Assembly: GCA_026026165.1 (NCBI GenBank)
Contig: JAPEUD010000011.1
Coordinates: 310,001 to 374,000, forward strand
DNA from: Sarea resinae
Lineage: Eukaryota
Length of the DNA: 64,000 bases
Direction: 5' to 3'
Position numbers and translations under genes: made by a program. The notes under the pieces are model-generated. The model worked only from the letters and a program-made list of their open reading frames with translations. It did no database searches and was not told the origin of the DNA. Each line of letters opens with the position of its first letter. Position 1 is the stretch's first letter. Shown piece by piece: positions 48,901 through 61,036 of this stretch.

Positions 48901-49370
48901 GAAGTCTTTTATAAATTTGTACAATGAATTCGAGATTCACTGGCGTGTTGTTTCTACCATTGCCTTGGCGATTTGAATCTCGAACTTGTTTAGTCTTGAT
49001 ATTGTCCTTATAATGGTCGCTATCCTATTTTTCTTCTGCAACTTCTTTGCTATTTCCGCTCGCTATTTCCGCAATTTATCATGACTCCAGGCCAATTCAA
49101 TGGTCGCCTAGCTAAGTAGGTACGTACTCCGGAGCAGTACTCCGCACTACCAACTACCTTATCTAAGGTACCCAGGTACTTAGCTACCTGGTAAGGTACG
49201 GTGTCCTTGGTCGAGGATTCGCGAAAGAGATCCGCACTAGCGCGAGAGCCGAGCCGAAACGTCGACTCGCCACACCAAATGCCCCCTGCCTCCTTTTCTC
49301 CTCACACAACCACCCGCCCTTTTCTCCCTGACATAACCACCTTTAGCGGCCCGATTTTCATCAGCGGACA

Positions 49371-49460
49371 GTCGCTTTAGCTCAATTGGGAGAGCGCCAG
49401 ACTGAAGTTCCACCTCGGTCATTAATCTGGAGGTAGTGTGTTCGATCCACACAAGCGACA
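49371..49460 (+). tRNA. tRNA-Phe(GAA) with a 17-nt intron (49408-49424)
   Basis: Acceptor stem GTCGCTT/AAGCGAC, D arm GCTC/GAGC, anticodon stem CCAGA/TCTGG with GAA at 49404-49406, T arm GTGTG-TTCGATC-CACAC. Confidence 0.97.
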
Positions 49461-49466
49461 TTTTTT
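49461..49466 (+). terminator. RNA polymerase III terminator (T6)
   Basis: TTTTTT immediately after the tRNA discriminator base. Confidence 0.85.
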
Positions 49467-50528
49467 GCCCCTTCTCCTTACTACCATTGAAGAAGGAATC
49501 ATTGTTTCTCTCTATCAATTAGGGAGCGGAAAGAACTCTTTCGTCGTGCATGAATGATTGGTGGTAGTATTGATCTCCCTGGCTGGCAAGGAGGGGCTGC
49601 CGTGAATTTTTTGGAGTATACTTCTCTAATTGATCGCAGTGAGTAGTACTGGATAGTACCTGTACGAGGCAGCTCTGCCGGCCAGGGAGATAGTGGTGCG
49701 TTTTTGAGTGTGACGAGGTGGCTTACGATATGCCAATGCACAATATGTGGGATTCGATAAGTCTTTCTCTCTTCTCTTGACTTCCTCTCACGCCTTAAAT
49801 TTGATTTATCTACGATCTATCTTCTCTCTCGGATTCGCTCTCCCAGGAGCAGATTTTCTCTCTGGGTCTAATATATATAGATCTGTTGTTGGCTGGAAAA
49901 AGGATAGGTAATAGGGAATAGAGAATGTAGAGGGGGTACGAGACTATAGAGAAGATAGAGTGTGAAGAGGGAACGAGGTATAGTAAATTCGTGCTCTCTC
50001 TCTTTCCTTCCTGTCCCTCGCTTTTCTTCTTCTCACCTGTTTCCTCGTTACTTGTTTCTTCTCCTGCGCTCTACCCCGTTTTTCTTCTTCGGTGGGTTTG
50101 CCCTGCTCTGCCAAACTCTTCTACGCCCAGTAGCGAAGCCTAGTGTCCGTACGCCCGCTCCGCTCCCTCTGACTAACTGACTACTCGAATATTCAAGTAG
50201 GTGGGTGGGGGTGGGGCGGACCATGAAGTCTGCTGAGCGAGCGAAGAAAACGAGTAGTAGCAGTGCGCAGGCCTTAGCCCGAGCACGCGGCGTGGCAGCA
50301 CATTCTCTCTCTCTCTCCTGTCCAGGTAGATGAGTCTTCGATGCTTCTTATCTATCTGGATTTCGGGGTAATTGAGCCCGAGGGTATCGATGGCATGGCA
50401 TGATGATCGCACGCTCTTGTGGAAGTTTGATCTTCAGCGATCCTTTCTTGTGTCGTTGGCTTACTTCTCCTTATTCTTCTGATGGTTGAGTACCTGGATG
50501 ATGGATGGACCGATTCGAATGTGGGCTA

Positions 50529-50724
50529 TTAGCTGCTCCCGCTTGCGCTGGCTTGCATTTGAAGGCCCGAGGGATGAGGGGCTTGGCTTTGCGATTGTGA
50601 GAGCGGGGTTTGTTGAGTGGTTTTGTAGCGTTTTTTCTCCTTTTTGGCCCAACGGACTGCCATAGATGGGTGTATTAGAGTTGTAGATAGCATGCATTGG
50701 AGAGAAAAGAAAAAAAAGAAAGAA

Positions 50725-50783
<59 letters not shown>

Positions 50784-52194
50784 CACGTCCACAGGCATTG
50801 CACAGCGTCTTTGGTCCATTCGGACCCTTCCTCCACTCGGGCGAATCCAATGTCCCGCAATCTGTGCACACGTACTCGTCTGCCACCTTCAGCTTCTTCT
50901 TTTTGTCCCCCGCGCTCCGCGTGTCTTTCTCTATCGGCAACGCAATGCCCGCGTCGCCCCTGATCAGCGCCGGACTGGCGTCTCCCGTGGAGATACCCTG
51001 CGAGCGCTCGCCGTCACGATAACGGAGTCCGGTCAGCATTTCTATCGTCTCGATATGGTTCGCCCCTTCGTAGCGCGCCATCTTGTCGTTGATGCTGTCA
51101 GGTTTCGACGACGCGTTGGCTTCGTTGAGCGCCTCGGCGGTCAGCGCTGTGCTAGAGTTCGTTGGTTTAGCTGGCGGGGGCATGCCGCTGTGATCCGTCG
51201 AGGCCGTCATTATAGATGCGGAACCCGGCGTTTCGCTTTCGGTGCGGGCGGTGTCGGAGGCGGTGACGCTGCCTTGCTGACCGTCGGCTTTGCCGCTCGC
51301 ATTGTTCAAGTGGCGTTGCTGTGATTCGATTTCCTCGGCCTCTTCGCGCTTGAGGTCCGCGATGCGTTTCGTGAGCCGCTCGTTCTCCATCTTGTGCTCG
51401 AGGAACGTATCGAGCAGGGCGGCGTTCTTGGTGGGATACGGCCGCGCCATCATGAAGAGGCCTCTGCAGAACCCGGCGGCATTGTTGGGCCCAAATACTG
51501 CGGCCTCCGAGGTCAGATGCGGGTGGCCGTGCGATTCAAAGATGGTGTAGGTGCCATCCTTCTTGCGGAAGCGGTAGAAGAAGCGCAGCGCGTTGCCCGA
51601 GGCGATGGATTCGTTGAACTCGCGCACAAAGATGCCGCTGTCGTCCGGGTGTATGAAGTCGCCGATGAAACGGCCAACTAGCTCGTGGGGCTCGTAGCCC
51701 GTCAAGGACCCGACGGACGGGGAGACGTAGAGGAGCCGGCCATCGGGCGTCAAGATGTGTAGAAAGTCTCTGAGCTCCTCCAGCACCCGCTGAGACCAGT
51801 TGCGCCGCTTTGTGAATTCCGTAAGGGTGCTGCCGCTATGGCCGCCGGCCTGGGCGCCGAAGCTCGTGGGGAGAGGGCCTGCCCCTACCCCGCTCATTGG
51901 ATTGCCTGCCACCGCGGCTATGGCATCGTTGCCATCATTGAGGGGCTGCTGCTCTTGCTGGGCCTGCGGTGGGGGTGCGTCTGCAGAAGGTGGCTGTGAC
52001 TGCTGCTGTGCTGTTGGAACAATCGGAGCATACGATTGAGAGTCGGGATCGTTGAATTCGAGGCCCAAGCTCGCAGGGAGCAAATCGACGTCCATCTGGC
52101 CCATCATCTGGCGATTTCGGGCCGGGCCTTGGCCGAGCATGCTGGTCATCGTGGCGACATGGTTATTGTGCAGTCCGAAACCGTTGGTGGACAT
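50529..52194 (-). CDS. wc-2: white collar-2 (PAS + GATA zinc finger) light-response transcription factor, 2 exons
   Basis: [14 protein letters not shown] domain (DFIHPDD), [20 protein letters not shown] and [27 protein letters not shown], joined to LRWAK by intron 50657-50786. Confidence 0.95.
50729..50780. repeat. (AG)26 microsatellite inside the wc-2 intron
   Basis: Counted; starts immediately after the GTGAGT donor on the minus strand. Confidence 0.95.
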
Positions 52195-52850
52195 CTGTTC
52201 TCGAGATTGAATGCGCCGAGAGAGGGATAAGGGGCCACTTGGCCAATGTGTGGTGGAGGTGGTTTTTGACGATGGATGGTGTTGGGGGTGGAGGAGAGAG
52301 TCAGTGGTTTCAGGTGCGATATCAATTCATTCATGGACAAGTACACGAAGTAGGCCGGGACAGCCGGTGGCCGCAGTCTTACGGCGTTTGCGTCCAGAGT
52401 GACTTCGACGGGTAGAGAATGCGATTTCTTCCAAGATCATCCACGGTAAATCTCATATATCCTTCACTCTATGGAGACTCAACCACAAATTGTCTGATTT
52501 TCGACCTCACCAGTCGAGCGCCTGCATCACCTTCCAATCTCTCAATAGCAACGATTGTTGCTGTCAAGAGCTCGATATAGCGAGGTGTGAGGTGAACCAC
52601 TATCCAGACCTTGACCTTTCGCTTAGGCTCTCACCCGCCTGCTTGGTGTATCTCTAGGAGCTACCTTGGTCTCTCTACCGCGACTGTTGCCTTGACGGAC
52701 GCCCATTGTTTGGTTTGCGGTCTTGATCGTTGCCTCTTTCACCATTCACGCAGTCATCCGGAGGGGAAGGAGACGATAGCGGGTGCACAGCAGTGGGCAG
52801 ATTCGACTCTTCAGCTTCTGGTGTGATTAATCCCACCGATCAGAAGCATC

Positions 52851-55800
52851 ATGTAAGTCTGAACGGATGGTCCTGAAGGCGAGCTCGACTAACTATTTGC
52901 AGGTGTAAGTGTCGTGCACCTATCTAATATGAGCTTGATAGACATGCCAATCAAAATGCTTTGAGATGGTACTGATCGTAGTCCTCTAGCTAAAATTGAC
53001 AAGCTGCAAATCCTGGGGTAACAAAATATCTTCTGGGTTCTCTCTCATTTACTTATCACGTGCACATATAGGGTCCGCTCCTTTGACAACACCAGGAGTG
53101 AAACAATCCAATTCCACACTCCTCTAACCCTCATTGTTGGTTACAATGGCTCTGGGAAGACCGTAGGTTGATGTTTGAGCTTTCGTTGAGAGGTCAGTAT
53201 TGACTACGATCAGACAATCATCGAATGTCTCAAGTATGCTACGACCGGCGATCTCCCCCCTAATAGCAAAGGCGGCGCTTTCATTCATGACCCCAAGGTT
53301 TGCATATTCTCGAATATTCCCATCATATCTATTAATATCATTGCAGCTTTGTGGAGAGAAGGAGGTCCTGGCGCAAGTCAAGCTGTCGTTCAAGAGCACA
53401 TCAGGAGCGAAGATGGTAGCGACGCGAAGCTTGCAGCTCACAGTCAAAAAAGCCACTCGACAGCAGAAGACGCTAGAAGGATCACTGCTTATGCTGAAAG
53501 ATGGCGAGCGTACGGCGATTTCGTCGCGTGTGGCAGAATTGGACCAGATTATGCCCCAATATTTGGGTGTGTCCAGGGCAATTCTGGACTCTGTTATCTT
53601 TTGCCATCAAGACGAGAGTCTATGGCCAATGAGTGAACCTTCAGTGCTGAAGAAGAAATTCGATGAGATTTTTGAAGCGCTGAAATACACCAAAGCTATT
53701 GACAATATCAAAGTCCTCAGGAAGAAGCAGAATGAGGAGCTTGCCAAATACAAAATCATGGAGCAGCATTCAAAGGAAGACAAAGACAAGGCCGATAAGG
53801 TAAGGACTACCACATTTTCCGCAGTCGGACGCTTACAAGTAACAGGCGGAGAAACGATCCCAAGAATTGGCTGACGAGATTGAGGCCCTGCGTGATGAGA
53901 CCTTGGACCTCAACCGACAAATCAAGCAGATATCGGAAGAATCACAGGAGTCCTGGGACCATGCTCATTCTTTCACTGGTGACATTGAGACCCTCAAAGC
54001 CAAGCGTATTGCAGCCCAGGCAAAACAGGAAAGCGTCAATGATCTTCGGCTACACATCAAAGAGATGACGGATACAGATGAGGAGCTTACGTCCATCCTT
54101 GAGCAGTATGAAGATCGCATGTCTTTGTACGAAGGGCAAATTGCTTCCCGGAGAGAACGCTATGACGAACTCAAGGGTGATATTGAGCAAAATCGACGCC
54201 TTTTAGGCGCGAAACAGACCGAGGTCGGCAAATTTGAGGCGGAAAAGACGCATTTCGAGCAACAAATTGCAAGGAGAGAGAGCATGATCAAAGAGACTGC
54301 TCGAAGACACAATATTCGGGGCTTTGACGACGAGCTTGACGACCCTCAGATTCATGATTTCATGGAAAAGATTAGCAAGATGTCTAGGGATCAGAACATT
54401 CATCTCGAACGAGCTCGCGCAGAGACAAAGAATCAATTGCAAGACGCCCAAGATGTCCTTAATCAGCTTGGGCAGCGCAGGTCTGCTCTGAGCGAAAGAA
54501 AGAATGCTGCCAGGCAACAGATTGCCTCCAACGACAGGAAATTTGAAGAGTTCCATGCAGAGCTCGACAAAATTGACATCGATGAAGGGGGCAAAGCAAC
54601 TCTAGAGTCCAGCCTACATGAAGTCGAGTCAAAATTAAGAAAGTCCAAGGAGGACTACGACGCTGCAGCGTGGGAACAGAAGATTCAAGATGCGAATGCC
54701 GAATTTCGTTCGTTAGAAGATGCCCAGGAGAGGCTAAAAGCCGATATGTTGCAGGCCTCCCGGCAGGCCGAGCAGTCGGCGAGGCTCAATTTCTTGAAAA
54801 AGGAAAGGAAAGAATTGCAACAGAGTCTTGATGTGATGGTGAAGACTCATGGCGGTAGGGTTACCGACATGATTGGCCACGATTGGGAAATCCCGAGCTT
54901 GGAACGTGATTTCCAGGCAGCTCTCGAGCTGAGGAAGGCTGCTCTCGATGAAGCAGAAAAGCAAAGGAGCGGCATCTCAAGGGAATTGGAGCAGGTGGAG
55001 TTTAAGCTCGGCGCCAGCCGCAACGATCTAAAAAAGAAACGCGAAGAGGCACAACGCTGCGAGTCACATGTCCTGAAAGCCATGCAGGATGAAGGGCCCA
55101 TTGAGTCGTATCCAGAAGTGCTCGCGGAGGTACAAGATGGTCGCGATGTCCGAAAGCATGATGTCGACAGTTTCGGCCACTTTCAAAAGTTCTACCTGAC
55201 ATGCATCAGTAAAGCTAAAGATGAAAACAAATGCCATCTGTGCACTAGGCGCTTTGACGTTGTTAAGCAACGTTCCGATTTTCTAGCAATGCTCGAAAAG
55301 TTGATCTCCAAAGGGGGTCAGGATATTGTGGAAAAAGAATACAGAGAGCTTGAAGAGGACCTTAAGAGTCTTAGGGAAGCCGGTTCGAGCTACGACAACT
55401 GGAAGAGACTTTCTGGGACAGAACTTCCAGCTCTGGAAAGGGAAGTGAAAAAACTAGAGTCCAGGCGAGAGACATTACTCAATGAAATTGAGGACCACGA
55501 CAGAGTCGTTACTGAGAAGGAGGACGCCAAGAGGGACGTCGAGGCCTTGACTAAGACTGTGCAGAATATCGTCAAGATTAGCGTTGACACTGCCAGTATG
55601 GAAACCCAGATCCGTGACCTGTCTTCTCAGCAAGAGAGTGTTGGCTTAGCAGTCTCACTTGAAGAACTTGACGAACAATCGAATTCGCTGGGCGATAAGA
55701 CACGTTCAACGAGGGCTTTGATATCAAAGCTCACGGCAGACAAAGAGCGAACGAGAGGCCAGATCAGCGCATTTGAATTGGAATTAAGCAACCTCAAGGC

Positions 55801-57265
55801 TAAGCTGGCAGGTGCTACTCATCAGCTAGAAAAGAAAACCAACATCGTAGCTCGAGCCGAAGAGTTGAAACAGCTTAATTTGCAGCAGAGAGAGACCATG
55901 AAACACGCGGAGACTGACATACAAGACCTTGTGCCTCAGATTGCCAAAGCACAGAGTACCTATGACGATATCAGTCAACGCGCTGCTGAGAAGGAGAAGA
56001 AGCTGCAGCAGGAGGCTGCAAAGCTTTCTGACAGCGTACGCCAGCTCAATATGGCAGACGAGGACATCAACGCATACGTCAAAAAGGGGGGCCGTTCCCA
56101 GCTTGAAAGATCACAACGTGACGCCAAAAACTATCAGCAAGAAACCGATCGCCTTGAGCATGAGCAACGTCAGATAGTGGTTGAGATCAACAAAGCTACA
56201 GATCAGCTCAAGAACAATGAGGAGACCAAGAGAAGCATTTCGGACAATCTCCGATTCCGTCGAGACGTTCGAGGTCTAGAGGCAATAAACGTTGAAATCC
56301 AGCAGCTCGAAGAACGTAATGCGGAAGCAGATCGTGGCCGATTCGTTAGAAAGGCGCAAGAGTTGGATCTACGGCATTCAAGACTCTCAGCTGAACAAGC
56401 GAGTAAAATGGGAGCGATGAAGTCGAAAGATGACCAACTCGCTGAGCTGCTTGAGGACTGGAATACCGACTACAAAGATGCAGGAGTCAAGTTCAAGGAA
56501 GCACATATCAAGGTTGAGGTGCGTTGGTGCGCTCAGTAACTCCCCGCTGGCTTCGCTGACCACACACAGACTACTAAAGCAGCTGTTGAGGACCTAGGTC
56601 GCTATGGTAGTGCTCTTGACAAGTACGTGATTTTCCATCCTATCTTTTCCATTGTCACTAATGGAAATTCAAGAGCCATCATGAAATACCATGGCCTCAA
56701 GATGGAAGAGATCAACCGTATTATCGAAGAGCTTTGGAAAAGAACCTATCAGGGTACCGACGTCGACACCATTCTCATTCGGTCGGATAACGAGAACGCT
56801 AAAGGAAACCGATCATACAACTATCGTGTTTGTATGGTGAAGCAAGACGCCGAAATGGACATGCGGGGACGGTGCAGCGCCGGACAGAAAGTGCTCGCGA
56901 GTATCATCATCCGGTTGGCGTTGGCCGAATGCTTCGGGGTCAACTGTGGTTTGATTGCTCTTGACGAGCCGACCACTAATCTCGACCGCGATAATATCCG
57001 CTCTCTAGCGGACTCACTCCACCACATCATCACAGTGCGACAGCAGCAATCCAATTTCCAGCTCATCGTCATCACGCATGACGAAGACTTTCTGCGGTAT
57101 ATGAAATGCAATGACTTCTGCGACAACTACTACCGCGTCTCCCGGAACGAGAAGCAGAAGTCTATCATCGAGCGGCAGTCAATCAACGAGGTAAGTGCCC
57201 CCACCAGGTCTGATGCCTCAATTTGCGCGATGAGTGCTGAGATGATGATCTTCAAGGTCATGTGA
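52851..57265 (+). CDS. RAD50: DNA repair protein Rad50 (MRX/MRN complex), 10 exons including a 2-nt microexon
   Basis: Introns 52853-52902, 52905-52989, 53018-53071, 53163-53213, 53298-53346, 53800-53845, 56519-56569, 56623-56673, 57191-57256. Spliced product: [15 protein letters not shown], Walker [16 protein letters not shown], Zn-hook CHLC, signature [20 protein letters not shown]. Confidence 0.96.
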
Positions 57266-59568
57266 GCTCGGTTGGGTGGGAATTGAGCGGTCAGGACAAA
57301 AAATGTACTTTAGCATCGGTGACGACATGTACTGCGTATCTGGTAGGTGCTAGCACTCGGCGATGGCGGCGTTTGAGGGGCTTTCGCAGGGAGACAGCGG
57401 GGACAAGGGAACGCGTCGCGGCGTCGAGATTGGCGTTGACGATCGTCGGCAGCAGACGACGATAGAGCAAACTACCTTGCGGAGTAGCGCGCAATCAAGC
57501 TCCGAGGGCTACAAATCAGATGAGATGGCTCCTCGCTTCTGACAGAGTGGAAGCACGGCTGGCGCAGTGATACTCTATCGAGTGGGCCGAAGGGTATGCC
57601 AACGCTCAGGGGAATTTGTGGGGAACGAAACCTAAGACGCACTACGGCACGGTCATCACAATAACAATCAGTTCGTAGCCCCAGCCCTGGAGCACCACCC
57701 ACTTGGTCGCCTTGCTTGGCTTGCTTGGCTCGGGTCGTCGGGTGCCGTAAGCTAACCAGTCCAGTACCATTCCAAACGTTGCCAGGGCCCCCAGGCCAAG
57801 CCAAACAAGCGCGAGCCTGAACGACGGAAACAGGCTTTCTTTGCTTCCAAGGTTCTTTCTTTTTTGCTTCCGTAGTGGGAGGAATCCAAAATGCACGGTC
57901 CGGTATCTATCATGGCTTGTTTTAACTTTTCCTCATGTGAAGCTGCCGCTCGGCTCGTGAGTCTGGGTGAGTCTGGCCCCAGGCCCGAAGTGTGAAGAAT
58001 GGACGGACGGACAGAGGCCGCAACGAAGGAATTCTTTCTGCGGCTCGAGCAACGGTCGATGGATGCATACTTGAGCATATCCTCTTACAGCTTCTCTATC
58101 CGTCCCTCGGGTCGGCCCAACATCCCAGAGCGCCTTGGGCGGCGGCTGGCTGAGAAGTGGCTTTGGTGCGAATGTAGAGTCAGAAGTCGTAGTACGAACG
58201 ACGGCAACGTCAAGCACACCAAACAGTCTTCGAAACGATCAAATGGCGATGAACACATGGGATTACCGCATGCAGCATGCGGCCAGCGCATCATCTCGCA
58301 CTTGCCAATGGGAGGCGGCGAGGAGGGTGATGGATCGAGAGCCTGAGACTTGGTGACGCCGGAGGCTGGCAGGGGGAGATGTAGAGTCGGATACCATGGG
58401 GATACGTGGACGGTACTTGAGAATGGGGGGTCATCACTATGGCCCCGCCGAGTATCTGTTGGTCATCTTGTGAGATCTTGTGTTTCTGTTCCTGGCGAGC
58501 TGAGACACTGACAGCGGCAGAATCACAATCGGGCTAACGGAATCGGGCGTGAGCGTACTTGTACTGATCTTTTTCTTAGAACACTGAGCACCGTCTTCAT
58601 CTTATTCTATTTCTGTTTCCTCTTTCGGTACTGCGCAAAGTACGCAGTGCGTCCTGTTTGATGTATCACCCTTTGTATCATCCCTCTCCTTTTTGTTGCT
58701 TCCAGTCTTACTCTTTGAATGTCCTACCAGAGACGATGATGATGATGAAGCTGACGGGTGGTGATCGAGGGTACCTACCGACTGCACCGCTCTCGGGCAA
58801 TGATTGTCAGGGACCGACGGGCTAAACTCGTCACAGACAGGGATTAGACTTTCTCTAGGGTACCGACTCTGGAACTAAGCAAATTACCCCATGCGTCTAT
58901 CAGGAATGCCCGCGGCCATCTCCCTTGCTTCTTAGCTCTCGATGATGCTCTCTCCCATCCAATACCTCCCACTACTGTTACTGCAGACGTGCCGTATCGT
59001 GTCGTCTTTCCTCAGGCTTTCGTCTCGGATGCAATCATGATGCCTGTTCTGGTCTATCCCTATCCCTGACTCTCGCTGCTCTAGGGATGTTCTGCCGCTT
59101 TCAATCAAAATGCCTTACCCACTCACTCACTCACTCACTGCCGTGCCCACCCTGACCGGGGCTGACCCACCCACGCTCCGATATGTGGTTGTCGTCTAAG
59201 CTTGCTCTGTGCATGCTATGTCCGTCCGCATTCTTGTCTGTTGCCATGTCCGTCTTTCTACATTTCTTGTTTCTGCTTTCTTTTCGACCGCATCCATCCA
59301 AACCAAAACACTCACTTTGCTGTCTTTAGCTTTGGCATCACTCTTTTCCGCCGCCATAACTAGAGCTTCCCCTCTTTCTCTCCTGCCATTGTCTTCCTCT
59401 GTTTCGCCTGCTTCCTTCATTCCTCTCGAGCTGCGACGGACGACCGGCTTTGCTTCTTTTCTCGGTCCTGGATGATCTGTTGAGTGTTCGGACTGCTTGT
59501 GCTCTCGTTCTTTTCATCTCCTGCACTTTGCGAGCATTGTCTCCGAAGAATTCTTCTTGACCATCAAC

Positions 59569-61036
59569 ATGCTGTTCAACTGTGTGGTCTCTACCCTCCT
59601 TGCCGCTGGAGCGGCATTTGCTTCTCCATTGTATGTGGCGCCTATTCGAGCTGGGGTTCTATCTTCGTGCTGACCATTGCAGAGGGCGTAATTTTAAGCG
59701 CGATGCCAGCTTCGCATATGGTTCGACGGTTGTTCGAGGCGCAAGCATTGGCGGATGGCTAGTCTTAGAGCCGTAAGTCTTTATAGCTCTTCTTTGGAGG
59801 TGCCTCTTCCGTTGACGATTATTCAGATGGATTACTCCTTCTATTTTTCAAGCGCAAAACGGCTCAATCGTGGATGAGTGGACACTTGGCCAATATCTCG
59901 GTGAAGAGGCCGCGCTCGCGGTCCTTACCGAACATTGGAATACTTTTACCGGACTCGCCGATTTCCAGAAGCTTGCGGATGCTGGCTTCAACCTTGTGCG
60001 CATACCGATTGGGTACTGGGCGTATCAAAAATTCGACGACGACACATACGTGCAAGGCGCCGCTCCTTACCTCGATCAAGCCATTGGTTGGGCGAACCAA
60101 ACTGGTCTCAAAGTCTGGGTGGATCTGCACGGTGCCCCAGGCTCGCAGAATGGATTTGACAATTCTGGACGTCGCCAGGACAAGCCGGGCTGGCAACAGG
60201 GCGACACGGTTGATCAGACACTGCAAGTGCTTCAGACAATCATCGACAAATACGCCCAGGAAGAGTACAATGGCCTTGTTGTCGGTATCGAACTAGTCAA
60301 CGAGCCTTTCTCCCCCGAGTTGGATCTGGATATTCTGAGGCAATATTACCGCGATGGCTTTGGTAAAGTAAGGGAGGTCAACCAAGACATGCCTGTTATC
60401 CTACAGGATGGCTTCAATGACGATACTTACTGGGACAACTTCTTGACGCCCGACGACGACAACGCTAAGAATGGTGAGTCTCTTGCCGGTCGGTTTTGCG
60501 GGCTGAAACTAACGGAAATCCAGTCGTCCTCGACCACCATCAATACCAAGTCTTCAACGACACCATGGTCGCTTGGTCGAACTGGGTATGTTGTTACGAA
60601 TCGCTAGACATCCCAGCATGATGACACTAACAACCTCTAGCAACATCGCCAAGAAGTTTGCAACATGGCATCTTCCTACCAAAACGCCGACCACTGGGTC
60701 GTCGTTGGCGAATGGACCGCTGCCCAAACCGACTGCGCCCCCGCCCTGAACGGCTACGGCATCGGCGCACGCTACGACGGCACCTACCCCAACTCGACCT
60801 ACGTGGGCTCCTGCGCCGGTCTCAACGACATCACGACGTGGTCGCAGCAGCAAAAGGACGATACCCGAGGCTACATCGAGGCCCAGCTGGAAACCTTTGA
60901 ACGGTACACGCAGGGCTGGATCTTCTGGAATTTCAAGACCGAGGCGGCCGCGGAGTGGGATCTTTTCAGGCTTCTAGATGCCGGCGTCTTCCCGCAGCCA
61001 TTGACCTCGAGGAAATTCTCCAGCATCTGCTCGTGA
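59569..61036 (+). CDS. EXG1: secreted GH5 exo-beta-1,3-glucanase, 5 exons
   Basis: Signal peptide and KR site; introns 59631-59682, 59773-59826, 60474-60523, 60586-60640. Motifs GGWLVLEPWITPS, RIPIGYW, DLHGAPGSQNGFDNSG, IELVNEP, VVGEW. Confidence 0.93.

Noticed and set aside
13748..52194. LOV-like gene and wc-2 as a photobiology cluster
   Set aside because: They are about 35 kb apart with many unrelated housekeeping genes between them.
52853..52989. Stwintron (nested intron) interpretation of the RAD50 5' introns
   Set aside because: The intervening GT is needed in the mRNA to form ATG-TCT, so it is a true exon and not part of an outer donor.
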